From NCBI GenBank assembly GCA_002633005.1, contig NMRA01000539.1, positions 62,001 through 126,000 on the forward strand: a stretch of DNA of 64,000 nucleotides, in the 5' to 3' direction. Source of the stretch: Phoronis australis (lineage: Eukaryota; Animalia; Phoronida). The translations under genes and the position numbers were made by a program. This document shows positions 14,501 through 28,080 of the stretch, one piece after another. Position 1 is the first letter of the stretch. Each line of letters opens with the position of its first letter. A model generated the notes under the pieces. It was given only the letters and a program-made list of their open reading frames with translations. It had not been told where the DNA came from and searched no databases.

Positions 14501-17500
14501 CAACATGTTTACAGCAGTCTTTATCTTCATTACATCAGAAAGCTACATTTGCTTGTCTGTGATTGGCTACTTCTGATCACACCTCTGACCTTGTTAGTCA
14601 AGTCAAGACCAGGTCATGGGGTAGCTTCATGGTGGCTGACACGAAGGGGATATATAAGACTGTATCGCTGTGTTAGGGTACTGTGTGTACCAACGCAGCA
14701 CAGTGTTAGGAGTCCGAGGACTGGAGAGTATTGCGAAAAGCGTTTAATGTTTAAATGGTTTTGGGACGCCCCGCAGTCTGGTTTAAAGGTAATTTTATTG
14801 GACAGCTAGCTGGATGTAAGCTCTTATTTGGTTAGGATTTCATCATCTATAGATCATATTGTGTATGTAAATGCTAGTGCTTTGGTGTTAGTTCTCTGCT
14901 GTGATGTAAGACTGTTAAGAAGAGTGAAAGAGCAAATCACGCCCTCTGAATGACATATGAAGTATATGAAGTGATTTTATGCTGGAATAACAAATTTTGT
15001 ATTTATATTTCATGCACATAAGATGTACCTACTAATGTTTGTGGACAGCCAAGCTTGCATAAATTTGCAAGACTTTTTCCATTTCACCTTTTGAAAAGTA
15101 CAGAATTTTATTTGGAATTTGGATTAAACTTAAAAGGCTTTTTAATTGGTGTTTTAACTCACATAAACATCATCTCATGTAGAAGTCTTACAATCTTGAT
15201 TTTAACCTTAAGCTAAACGTGGAATTGTATTTTCGAGGACTCGTTGCATTCGATGTCATCAGAATTTTGCTTTATTAAAAAAGTGTTATGTTTATATTTT
15301 TTTGATTTGATTTCTGAAATGTTTTAATTTCCACCTCTGTAGTTGTTGTCAAAACCTTGAAGATACATAATTATACTTTTTACGTATGCAGCGGGGACTG
15401 TGGATAGTTGTGGGTTACATTCTCTAGCAATCAAATTTCAATATTTGCGAGATAATAGTAAACTGAATTTAAAGGAAGAACACCGAAGTTGGTGGAAAGG
15501 ATAAAAATATAATCTTCATGTATGACGTGGCGTAACTAATGATTTCTTCCAGAGTCCATGATGAATTATTTTCTTAGGCTGCCTTGTTTGAAGGCGGCAC
15601 TCTTATATGAAATTTTGATATTCATAAAACATCAATCAAAGAATGAATTACAGATTTATGTGGCCAAATGAACGTCTGTGTGATTCAGCATAAGTGGTGG
15701 TAATTCTGTAATCTTTTCTAAATTATTTTCATCGAAATTAATTTGGCTTTCATTCGTTTAAAACAAAGTTTGCGTGACGTCTAGCTGTTAATATTTGAGC
15801 AGCTTCAGATAGACTTTTGCCTTCAAAAATACCAAAGCTTTATCTTCACTCAAGCCTATCATGTTAGCCTATCGTGTTGTGCGAATGCATTTGTTGTGCC
15901 CTGGGAGAATTGTGCCGAGAAACGCCTGTACTGGTATGGGGGTTTGTGGGGGTCGTAGGGTCAAGTAGAGGTGATCTAGTGTTGTGTGCGTCACTACTGA
16001 TGTTAATATGCCGCATTGCAACACCCTCACCTTGGCCTTGTCATGTCAGTGTATGAAGATTCAAGGTATTCCTTACGTCATACACTGTCTACCTGCCAGG
16101 TTGCACATAGCCCGTGTGTTATATATTAAGCATGCAAACTGGTAGTTTTAGCAAAACTACGTATATCTGCTATTTCTGGCGTGACAGTCATTTCGCAGTT
16201 TTGGTTGTGCAAATTTTTGTCATAGTTGCTCATTTTAACTAAAATTAGTGCGATTGCTATATGCTTTGAGTGTTATTTTGAACATCATGAGTAATCACTC
16301 TGATTTGATAGGAAACTTTAAAAACGACGCTACCTTGTTTTTGGCATTTTTATGCTGCTAAAAATGCATGTTATATTAATCCATATTTTTTGTATGTATC
16401 AGTCAGTACTCAAACTCTTGGAAATCAATAACATGTTGCCTTGTAATTTGGGTTTGCTGGAATGAATGCTAACAGTCAGGTACATGGAAAAACTTCACCC
16501 AGCCGTGTCCTGGAGATGGGGTCAGTGCGAGTGATAGTGGTTTTTATTCTTGTGGATTTTCAAAGGTTGCTGATAGCCTGGAGTTTTTTTTTGAGTAAAT
16601 TAAATAGCTTGTGTTGGAAGTTTTTCAAAATTTATACCCATAGTGACGGCTATCACAGACGTCAAGGTGATTTCTTTTTAATGCATGCGTGGCAGTTATG
16701 TTCTGCAGCGGCTATCTAATAAAAGTGTTTCGTTTCTACCATGTATGCGTGTACTCTGTATATGCGCCAGTATGTGCGGACATTATTTACGTCAAAGCGC
16801 GTGTTGCTCTAAGTACACATGTATACCATAGCAAGGTCACGATTGGTCATATTAAATGAAGTTGAGTAACTTAGCAACAAAGCGCTTCCAAGAATAGTAC
16901 AGATTGGCCACCTATACACAGCAATTGTCTTTTAAATTTTGCTGTTACCAGAGTGACGCCTTTATAAGCTCAGTCTTTTCTTGTAGTGCACTGGTGTTAG
17001 TTTGCAGTAAATTTGCAGCTCTGATACAAACCTTGTCTGCTTATAGGATGCTTAGAATAATTTATTATACATATCTAACATATGGTGTTTTATGTATTGT
17101 TTACAGCCTTTTTTTAAATGTGAAATTAGCGACGCTTATAAGGCTGGTCAAATTGCATAACATTCCAAATAAGAAAGTCAGTAGTCAACAGCTTGACCAT
17201 ATTTTTGACTTGCACAAAGCGGGCTGCGTGATGGAGCCTAGAACGAGGCTGTGTTCTATACCGCCATTGTTTGCATCCCAGGCTCCACAGTCAGCTGTTA
17301 ACGTCTCATTGTCATCCTGTAAACCCTGGTTAAGCGCAGTGCTGGCTGCAAAGTTGAACCATTTATCATCTCAGAGAAAATCTGCATATCTAGGTTAATG
17401 ACTGTTGTTAATGATTGGGAATGGAAGGTTTTATTCATAAAATGTCCATGACAGATGTTTTGTGGTGCTTTTTTCTTTCAATATAGAGTAGTTACGTTGT

Positions 17501-20500
17501 CAAAACATTTGGTAGCTGCAAAAGAGCATTGAAATTGTAAAAAAAATTATTTTGTTACTTATTTCTATGATAAAGGAAAAAATAAAATTTCACTTGCCTC
17601 CCTTGGTCTATATTGGTGAGATTTTGCACAGCTCGTCATTTTTTAAAAATGTTATCTCTGTGGGTCTTAGCATGCATTGATGTCTGAATGATAACCACAT
17701 TTATGTAATGTGTTCCAAGAATAGTTTACTTAAACACTTGTTGATGTGAGACAGGTTGTTCTTCATCAGTTTAGCACACATGTGGGTTACACTTGAAGTT
17801 TAGTTTCGCCAAATTTGTCAACATAGATTCTTTCTTCTGTAATAACAAAATTGTATTGTATTGATGTGATAAATCAGCATTTAAAGTAAATAAATAACAC
17901 TTAGGGCATTTTTCGCAATTTTTATTAATTGTGAAATCACACTTTATCATTGAAAAATCGAGAAATGGCAATTTCAACAATTTTTTGTGCAGATTATCTG
18001 AACAATTTATTAGAGAACAGGAAAGTGTGCTTGCAACTGTCGTAGGTGTACAGTGTTATGTTCAACTCATAGATTATTGCGCCATCTGGTGTACATTTGC
18101 AGTGCGTAATTACAGGTATGCATTTTTGCATGAAAGGAATCCTAAGTGTGTTATATATGTGGAACACAGAAATATCCATGTGTCTCTTGATATCTCATTT
18201 CTGTCAAGAACAGGTGACAAAGAAATTCTAGCTGGGCTTTACTTAGGTTGGTTTTGTGATCGTCTACCTAGACAGTCGTAGAAATCTGTCCTCATTTTGC
18301 ATCAGTTAGTGTGAATTAGTTTACAAGAAAGACTCCACAGGCATGAGATGGCACCTGTGTCTATCACTTCTGCCTAATGACTCCTGATCATCTGCCCAAT
18401 GCATGCTGGGAGAATGGGCTATTCATGCTCTGAACACCCGTCTTGCTGTGATTGGCCAAGTCTAGATAAGATACTTGGTTCCCTGGAACCTGGATTACAC
18501 AATGACTGGTCTGGGATTCAGGATAAGGATCAAGCTTCTTATCAAACAGTATTTTTAGCTGAAGTGTTATAAAGTCCACCTTATTCCAAGGTGCAATGTT
18601 AGTTGCAGAATGAACACCTGGGGAATTGCCTTGTAGCTGTCATTCTGTGTTCCTGTCTATGGTGGCGCTAGTGGCTAATTCACCAAAATGAGGCGTACGT
18701 TGACCACTCATGGTTATTTTTGGACGTTAATACAGTTTTGTATCTTTTGTCTTGTTGAAGTGTGATTGTTTGTTGGCTGTTGGTGAAAATATTCCCTTTT
18801 TTGTTTTAGCTGAAGCAATGAAGCTATCGTGCGACTGTCTCAATGTGGGGATCCACGTGAGAGGAACGGATTTGCCCCCTTTGGACACAACGTTGTTAGG
18901 TAACTGTTTTTTTTAGCATTTTTGGAGTTTGTGTTGCTGCTTTGGTTTTAAGTTTGACTTTTTGAAAAATTAGATTTTTCAAATTTTCTGTTCGTGTTAT
19001 TGAGTTCCGTGTATCAAAAGTCTTTTTTACCATTACAAGCTCTCCCCAGGCTTTGCAGTAAGAAAATAAAGGCTGCACTCAGGTTTTGGAGTGAGAAAAT
19101 GAAGACTGCACCCAGGCTTTGCTGCTGTCAGTTGTTCTAGTTTTATTTTAGATGTAGAAATTTTAATTAAAGACAGTCATTGTTATGTTCTATTTTTCAA
19201 AACTGACTAAATTGCTACAAATAGATAATCAGACCGTTACTCAGTGATGCCTGTTTCTCCAAATGTTAACAACTAGGAAGCTCTTTGTTTGTTTTTGTTC
19301 AGAATTGAAAAATTGAACAATAAGATTTCCACCTTTCCACAATCTGCATAAGTTTTTGCTATTTTGCAAAGTGCAAAGTTGTCAGAGTTGAAATACAAAT
19401 TCAGTTGATTTTTATTTTCTCTGCAGATCTGAATGAGCTGTGTTTGGAGGAAGAGTTCTTTAATCTCAAACTATCTCAAGTGCAGCTGGACCTTGAAGGA
19501 GTTGCAATAGTAAGTAGTCTACAATAACATGTTGGTTTTAGCTGCAATTTATAGAGAAAACTCGTTGTAAAGTCCTTAACATCTGGACTCTGGTAATTAT
19601 TTTCGCCGAAAAGAAGGTGTTCTGTCAGTAATTTTGAAGCAATTCAAATTATATGAACATTATATGTTGAGAATTATTGACGCTTTCATCAGGAAAAATA
19701 TCCTTCTTTCAAAATTATTAATTCTCTGTTGAGATTCATTTTTTGTCCTTATGTATACTGAAAACTACTTGTGTACCTTTTTTCACCTAATATGCAAAGT
19801 CATAAATCAAGTTAAATATGTCAGTGGTGTTCCAAAATCTAAATGATTCCCTGAGTCCCATGGATTATTCATAACATTGATTAGTAAAAGAGTGGTCAGT
19901 TTGACAACGTAACCCTGTATTCATTATAGATCATAGACACTCTTTTAACTCCTTTTCGATCCCTGTTATTGTCAACAAAATGTTGTGATCAGCTTGATAG
20001 TAATAATTTCACAATTCCCATGTTTAAGCAATCTGGCTGTAAGTATGAAACAGAAACTTATTAATGCTCCTTTAACTTTTTGAATATATTGCATTATGAT
20101 AATTTTATAAAAGTAGTGCTTCTGTAGCGATTGTTTTCAAAATAATTTAATTTTTTTTCTTATTTTTATGAAGTTATTGTCGCCGCATTGTTGTCTTGGT
20201 TAATGTTGCTGCATACTATTGCCAAAATTCCCCAGGCATGCGAGCTTAGGCCTGAGATCTGTAACTCCTCAACTCCCATTTAACATGTGTTTGGGCTGTC
20301 AGCAGTAATGGTCAACCCTGAAGTTAAGAAAATACATACCATGCTTTTTGCAAGGGGACTCTGAAATTCCTTTTGCTCTGCAAAATCATATGCGCATTCA
20401 GCTGTCTTGTTATGTTTTTGCACATTTGTTTAAAGTAAATTGGACTTTAACATATGGGTTTACAATCTGTGAAGTGTATCAATTGAAACCTAAGATGAAT

Positions 20501-23500
20501 CCAAAAATAGAAGCCTCTCTCATGTTTTAACCAGCTGGTTTTGTCTCTGGACATAGCCAAACAGCTCACCAATTAAAATTAACATTAATTGTATTGTATG
20601 TATTTTGATGCTCAGAGCAGATGTGGGTAGATATCAAGATGACAACATTTTTTTCAACTCTTATTTTTGGTGTTAGCTTGATGTATGTTCACAAACGGAG
20701 AATCACCTGATGTCATGATAAGGGGTGTGACCCCTTATCATGACGTGGTGTCGTTACCTGGCCACCATCTGTTAAAAGTACCTATGTCAGGGGAATGAAA
20801 GGTCACGTCTGCTGGTCATGTATTGTGTACTATCTGTTACTTGAGATAATGAGGGACCCACTTGATATCTGGATATTAAGGATCACTTTGTTCAATATTG
20901 AATTTTCGGTTTCTTTCATGAATATACTTACCTATTTAGCACACAATATAGAGGACATCTGAAATTTTATTTTGTCAGATTTCTCAAACAAAAATATGTA
21001 TCAAGACATTTTAGATATCAGTCAGTAGTTATCTCCCCTCTTTTAGTTCCTGTATCTGTGGTTTAGAATCTGGTGTAATCCTTTTGGAGTGGCCATTTTA
21101 TCTTGGGAGATAGCTTCGCTTTGATTCATGCCTCATGTTTCCTCATAAAAGCCCGTTTATGCTTGAAGGAGGTGTCAAAATTGTCATATGACATAATGAT
21201 AAATGTATTGTCTTATCTGTTGACTGACTAAGAGATTCGTTAATGTCTTTTGACAGCATATCCCTACCATGACCTTACTACACAGTATTGTTTTGAAATT
21301 GTCTGATGATTTCCACATGCTGTCTCTGAGTTGTTGATGAGTTCCCCTGCCAGCAACATCTTGGCAAATATTGCAAAATAAAAACAATTCAAACGGTAAT
21401 ACAACCGACCTTGTTTTCTGTCTGGCCTCAGATATAGCTTCATATTCGTGTTGGTTTGAGCATGGCAATTAAGTTTTCGAAAAAGGTTAACCAAATATTG
21501 TGGCAGTCATCTCGGTTCATTGATGATGTGTAAAAATGCGAAGTATATCAGAAGAAATTAATAGCAAATCAAATGAGAATTTGTGAAAATGCTGTAGAAT
21601 TTTCATCACTTTTTGTCTTTTAAAAATGCATCTCGTGAACTGCAAAGCTCTATTTTATTTAATTTCAGGAGCACAAGTATCTTGTGAACCATCAAACCAT
21701 CTGTGATTATGTGATCCACCGTTGTGAAAACTGTCAGATGTGGACGCACGCCACCAAAATGGGCGACAGTAGCGGCAAGTTGCTGATCAATGCCAGTTTA
21801 CTAAAGGTCAGTAGACTGTCTGTCACCTCAGGCGCAATACGTTGTTATACTTGGACACTGACTCTTAAATTTTGTTCATATTTGGGTTACTGTGCAAGTC
21901 ATATCTCAGAAGTGTCCGTTTCAATTCAAATGAAACATCCAGATATTATTATGCTTGTTGCACTCAGTTCTGCAATATAATGTTAAGATTGGTTTTATAC
22001 TGTGCTTTTGTATGAAAACCAATCACATCTGGAGTTGTGCATTGTAACTGATTAGATACTTGGAAGGGGTGCTAAAAAGTTAGTGGCATACCCACACTCT
22101 TGCCTTGGTGGAGTGTGCTGGGCAACATTGTAAATTAGACTATTGATAGTTGCATCATGTCGTTGTATCGTGTCAAAGTTGTCCCATTAATGGTCACATA
22201 ATGTATGTCTTAGTAATGGTACTTTGCCTGGTGCCTTTGTGTGATCATTTGCTACACTCTGCATCTTTATAAGCTGGACTGAACGAACTCTTAGGTTGCT
22301 TTCCACTTGTAAATGACCATCTTTTATTGGGTTTTACCATGAACTTACAAAATGCGATAGTGCCATAGATCTGAGCTTTTCTGATCGTTGATAGTTGTGA
22401 TTGGTTACACAAGGAGACGATGCTCATAACTCTACAGTTGCTTATAATTATCCTTTTGTGAGCCACCATAATTAAGCAGTTGGTAGATTTTATGAAAAAT
22501 AGTGATTACACGCATTTTAAGTCTGCAAGAAATTTAGTTATATTCACCACCATCTTGTTTTATGCATTATGATGAAGTCCCAATGTCGAAATGTTAAAAT
22601 ATTTTCTGATGTCTCTTCAGTGATGATTTACGTTTCTTGGGTTAGCCATAGATTACTGTTTCCATCGCATTAGTTCTAAAACTTTGCACAAGTCCACATG
22701 GCAGGTTAAGTTGAGAAGAAACGAGTTGAAATTCTTCTGTTTCTCATTCAGGATGGCAGCAGCACCGAGCGTCTGCGCAGCTCATCCGACTACTCGCAGC
22801 TGTTCCGCATCGTGCTGCGCCGTCGCCATGACGACAATCGTCCGCCTGCAAACGGCTCACACTACGATTCGCTGCAGTGCACGCTTGCTGACATCCAGCG
22901 CAGACTGACACGCTACCTGGTGGAGGAAGAAGCAGCTATGGAGGAGAGGATCCGCGAGTTTGAGGAGAAGCAACGAGCTGAGTACACGCAGGTGCGAAGC
23001 CGCGCACAGCAAGAGAAAAACGATCTTGTCAGGTTAGTACCTTAAAGTGCTGTCATGTTTGTGCTCATCTTGACATCTTGATGAAACAACCTCGCAACAG
23101 GTGGAAAGGGGCATCACTGTTCTTGACATTTTTGGCAAAAGCTTTGCATTGTGTGATTTAGTTTTCATTTTATTTCTACAATTTCGAAACCAGTGCGCCC
23201 AAAAGCCATCAATAGGTACTTTAAAGTTGAGTTCAGATTGCAAGTTGCCTTGAGGTAATTTGCCCATTGTAACCCGGATGAGGTCAACTTCCCAGCACAA
23301 TACATCCACACTGTGACAAAATAATGTAATCTGACCAAAGTTTCTCAGTGGGCCAAGATGGCGTTCGGATACAACTTGTGCTGTTTAACATGTCAGGATT
23401 ATCCTGATCAAATGTATTGTTAGTAAAATGCTGTGAAGGCTCTGGTAATGATGTCACACACATTGTTTCATTTCCATAGTCATAATACAATTACTATGGG

Positions 23501-26500
23501 AAAATCTCACCAATTTCAGACAAACATTAGTGCCCATTTTGGCCCTTTTCATTTTAATGACTTGTAATATTATTAGTAAGGACCACAGCTTTACAAGAAA
23601 TCGTATGGTGTTTGCTTCACTGCAGACTTTTTTATTGGTAAAGTATTATTTACATGGTTTTTACTTGTCGTTCATGACGAGAAAAGTATTTCATTTGTTC
23701 TTCATAAACTGGTGAAATTTTACCGACGTCAAGTATCACTATAAATCCATACATATCGATCAATTTTTCCTCTTTCTCTACCAGTTTGTTACTGTCAGTG
23801 GATAACTCCAACGGTTTCCAAAGTCCTTTGGACCGGTCGCGTGACAACAGTACGTCAAGTGAAAACGGAAACACCCGACTGGATAGGGGCGACTCCAGCA
23901 GGAAGACTAAACCAAAGGCTCTCAAAGCTCGGGAGATAGTCGTTGATAGCGGAATGGATGACCGTAAGTACGAGTAGAGTTCGAACTCATGAATTCAAAA
24001 TGTACTGACCCAACAGCACTAGTGACGACTCAAATCTGATCATCTTCCAGGAAGTATTAGCAAGCATGACAGACATAAGCTGGCACTTTACTGGGCTGTA
24101 TCCTTGGACTTTACCTTGTAGACAGTTCCATAGACATTTGTGATTTTGATGCATTTTTGGGGAGCTTTTGTAAGGTCTGTTTACAGTTTTCGTTCATTTG
24201 ATTTTTACACAATGGGTTGCAATTGTCAAATATGGCACATGGGGTTATCATAGTGATGCTGCTGTCAGTGGTCTAGATTTGGAGACCTATAAGCGGTCTT
24301 GAGTTGACGTTATTCATTATCCTGATCCCACTCGCCTGAAAAATGTACACCTGTTGCAAAGTGTGTACTGAAAGATTTGTATTATAAAAATTGAAGTGTT
24401 AATTTTCTTGCCATAGCTTTAACCATTGTCTGTCAAAATACGAGTAATAGTGTCAACGTTGCACATTTCATCGCAGTGTGACTCCATGTCAATGTTTGTC
24501 TTGAACCGTTTCATTACGATTTCAGCTCTCTTCGGTGTTGACGGCTTTGACGATTCCAGTGATCCATTTTACGAGTCTGATGATGAGGAAGGTATGCAGT
24601 CTTACCAGATATTTTAATTTCTGTGTTGAAATGCAGGGTGTTCCAATAATATGGTCTTCAGTTATTGTTTAGTACAGCAATTCTCCACTTGTGCACAAAA
24701 CTAATTGCCAATATAGTCATTTATCAAGGGCTCGATTACTTTGCTTCAAAAAAAAATTTAAAAACTTATCAAACATTTAATATCTTTACAATGCAAACCA
24801 TGCTGGTAATAGACTAAAATGTTCTTAATCTTTCTTTTGTGGGGAAGTTTAACGCATGTGCAGTAAGTATGTCCTGTAAGTCCAACTTAACCACTATTGT
24901 TCACATTAAAATATTTGAACATGGACATATATGGTTACTGCAAACATGAGGTAGTGTTGTTAACAGAGACGGTACACAGTGCACGAAGCAATGTTGCCAT
25001 GGCAACAGTACAAGGCGTGTCAAATGAAAGAAATTAAGATTTATTTGCCGTCCTTTGTGTAACAGTCAACGTACGTTGACAAACTGTTTGAGATGCTTTT
25101 AATGTATTTATTTGAAATTGTTGTTTGCGACTGACGAGTTAAGATATGTCAAAGTATTGGGTAGTTCTTTCGTTGGTTGTTGCATTATTCACCAAATGAA
25201 GAGCAGAAGTTTCATCCCTGTTGTACTTCCATCTGTGGAACACATTTAATAGAAACTTTCATGTGAGCACCTCAAGGTGACTGTTCATCCAAAAATCTCA
25301 TGTTTTTACAACTGTGTACCTTGTTTTTATCATGCCTTGAGGCTATAGACTTTTTGTATGCATTCAGTTCTAAGCTTTAGAATTAGCACAATCCTATATA
25401 TTACAATTTTCAGTAAAAGATGTGGAGAAAAAAAGTTTTTGACGTATTTCACTTTTTGTTGTTTTTCTCTATTTTCACCAAAAGTTTGACAAAGCCTGAG
25501 AATTTTGACATAAATTGCCAAGTGAACTTGTTCTTTGAAAATTACATGTCTTGTAACAGTGCCCCCTTACTTAGTGAAATTGTAAGTGTCCGGGGTTTAT
25601 ATCAAGGAAATTACGGTAGTTGTTTTGCTTCATTGGCGTATGTTGAATATTCATTGCAGAGGACAGTTACAGTGAAGACCTTCTGTCATCTAACGAGTCT
25701 GGTGTTTACTCCACCTCTGTGCCAATTTCTGTCCCCACGTGGAAGACACCGCAACGCAGGAAGTCCCATCGCGATGGAGATGACGAGGACCGCAAGGTAA
25801 CACTTTATGAATATTGAACAGAATATGGTTATATAGGACCTTATTGAAAAGTTTGTAAATTTAGTCAGATTTTTAGAAAACTAGATTTTAATTTGGTAAA
25901 ACTGTGTATTTTTGGAAAGTTAAAGTCAATGTAGAATTAGATTTTAATTTAACGTTGTGCCAATCTGTCTTTAATTGGGTCACCCCATGCAAATTATCGT
26001 TTCTTTTATGTTCTCATACTCCTCATGCAAAAATGGAACATTTTAAAAACAAATCCTAAAAATATTGTGGACACCAGTGCATAAAGAAAATAGCATCTGA
26101 AATTTTTATATCCATCCAATCTCTTGTTTCTGAGATATGATGTTGCGAAGTTAGCCACATTTGGACATTTTTCTTGAGACCTACATAACCTTGAGCTGTT
26201 AATAAGGATGGTGATGAGAAGGGCTTTATTGCAGATATTCAGGATATCTGTAATGAACAAGCACTTATAGTTGTATAGTAGTTGATGAGGTTGAAAAGTG
26301 AGCAAGTTCTATTACTGATATTTAGAATTTCATGAAAGAATATTTATAATCCTGGCTTGAAAAGTCTGGGGGCCCATTCCTGGAAAACTGACTTTCGTAA
26401 GACAAATCTCATTCTTCAGTCAATTATAAGATAAAACATAAATTTGTCTCGAGACCTTTTCAAGAAAGAGATCTTGTGCTTGACTTCAGTTTTTTTACTT

Positions 26501-27286
26501 ATATTTTGTCTTAATGTTCACTAACTTAACTGATGTGGAATTTTCAAAGTTTGGAAGTTGAGACAAATTTTAGACTTCAGTAAAAATGAACTTAAGTCAG
26601 TTTCTTGGAACGGGCTTGAGGTTGTAAAATTAAGCGGAGTCGAGTTGACTGTGTTAGTGATAGGTGTGTCTTCACTACCTATCTGTATACACCACATACA
26701 TTAGTCACTGAAGCAAGTCAATGTCACCTACTACAAAATGTTCAGATGGTAAAACTGTAGAAGCATTCAGTGCAGTGACAAGTTCATTTGTTCCAAAATT
26801 CATTTCACAGAATTATGTATCCATAAACTAATCACGGAAGATTTGGAATGCTGTCTTAATGTGAAACTGATACTTTGTGTCGATCCTTTGTTTTGTTGAG
26901 AACACATTATCCATTAATAGTCTAGACCTATTTTGTGGTAATAGTCACTTGGAAGTGTCCCACATTTTGACAACCAGTTTTCTCCACTGAATCACGGGCA
27001 TCAAACTGACTCTCAAAATGCGGGACCGCTCTAAGTGGCTATTGTCATTTTGCAGTTGGGTTTTTTTTGTGTCATCGGTGTGCCCGTGATGGATGTTTTC
27101 GACCAGTACTCACCACACATCAAATGTTGTCTTTTTAATCGTTTTCAGAAGACCCCACCTATGGAAAATATGGCTGCAAGCATGCAAGCCCTAGCTCGCA
27201 GTGTACAGACAGATGGGACAGAAATATTCGGAGACCGTCCGCGGCCAAGGTTAAACACAATGGACATGGCTAAAATCCGAAGATAG
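8474..27286 (+). CDS. AKT1S1: Proline-rich AKT1 substrate 1 (PRAS40 / Drosophila Lobe-like), mTORC1 inhibitor; multi-exon gene
   Basis: Hand-spliced GT-AG exons with consistent phases: [8474-8498 candidate first exon], 18810-18899 (internal ATG 18818), 19427-19509, 21669-21806, 22752-23032, 23785-23963, 24526-24591, 25660-25796, 27149-27286 (TAG). 367 aa from ATG 18818, 378 aa with the 8474 exon. The C-terminus MAASMQALARSVQTDGTEIFGDRPRPRLNTMD matches PRAS40 IAASMRAL...VFGDLPRPRLNTSD (Akt site, human T246). YSTSVPISVPTW matches YAKSLPVSVPVW (S183 region) and LFGVDG sits at the TOS-like position. The 18818-27286 core is high confidence; the choice of first exon is less sure. Confidence 0.9.
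9164..9490. mobile_element. hAT-like MITE
   Basis: TIRs CAGGGATATTCCTTGAC and GGTCAGGAATATCCCTG (13-bp perfect core). The target duplication is not clean. Confidence 0.55.
10864..11371. mobile_element. PIF/Harbinger-like MITE (relatively young, CpG-rich)
   Basis: TTAAGGCCCCTTCACACT ... AGTGTGAAAGGGCCTTAA inverted ends with 1 mismatch; internal repeated GTTAAC / TCGAAGT motifs. Confidence 0.7.
14560..14794 (+). promoter_or_regulatory. Candidate TATA-type alternative promoter and first exon (MVLGRPAVWFK) of the PRAS40-like gene
   Basis: GATTGG (reverse CCAAT) at about 14561, TATATAAG at 14651-14658, ATG 14755, donor AAG|GTAATT at 14789. Phase 1, in frame with exon 18810. Confidence 0.5.
20712..20744. 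repeat. Perfect 15-bp hairpin/palindrome in a PRAS40 intron
   Basis: GTCATGATAAGGGGT-gtg-ACCCCTTATCATGAC. Confidence 0.85.
24993..25006. promoter_or_regulatory. Perfect RFX X-box
   Basis: GTTGCCATGGCAAC, an exact palindromic X-box consensus, intronic in the PRAS40-like gene. Confidence 0.5.
26368..26617. mobile_element. MITE family copy 1 (GGGGCCC-type TIR, Harbinger-like)
   Basis: Ends GGGGGCCCATTCCTGGAAAACTGAC and GTCAGTTTCTTGGAACGGGC. Internal TAAATTTGTCTC..TTCAAGAAA.GAGATCTT is shared with 33030-33431. Confidence 0.6.
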
Positions 27287-28080
27287 GCAGCTTCACGCTT
27301 CCTGTGCGCAGTGTTATTCCTAGTTTTAATCTTGTTACAAGCCACTGTGTGGTGCTGTTGTAGTCTACCGAAGTCTATTTGTTAGAGAGAGAAGCCAATG
27401 CTAAAGTTATATTTCACCGTGTCGATGTAGTTTCCACGGTTACCACTGTTGCCAAGTATTGTTAGTGTGGTCAGTAAGGTTTCAGATGTCTTGGTCATCT
27501 TGGGACCATCATTAACTGCCAAATTTGAGGTGTTTAATGTTATCAACATAATGCAATCACAAAAGCTTGAGCACTTCCATTGGGTGGATATTACCCGACT
27601 CTGTACATGCAATTTTTTCAGTGCTGCAAGAAAGTTAATTTACATCAGAAAGGGATCAACAGTAAAAATTCTTCAGTTTGGGACACAATTGGTGGACAGG
27701 TGAAATTTAATTAGGTCAAATTTCTCAACACAACTTATCAGGAAAATTCACTTTACTTTAAGCTTGGTTTGAAGAGTGAAACTATCACCAGAAAACATTT
27801 GGTAAAATTTCGAGCATTTGCAAGAATGTGGCTCTGAAAAATAGAAATATGACAACTTCATCATTATTTTTGTCCCAAAATGAAAAATTTTTACTGTGAC
27901 CAAAAATTGCCACTTTGTGATCTTTTGTCAAAATTACTTGATTTTGATTTTTTTTTACTTGTCAGTATTAAAGGTGAGATTGGAAGGATGTATTCTTGCG
28001 AATGTGAAATGACTGGGCCCTCACATTGTGCTTCTGGGGGTCGATATTTGTATGAATTGTTTACGATCTATAGCATTTTG

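Noticed and set aside
16904-17398. 164-aa + strand ORF
   Set aside because: TTG start, intron-like composition, no recognisable motif; lies inside the first intron of the PRAS40-like gene.
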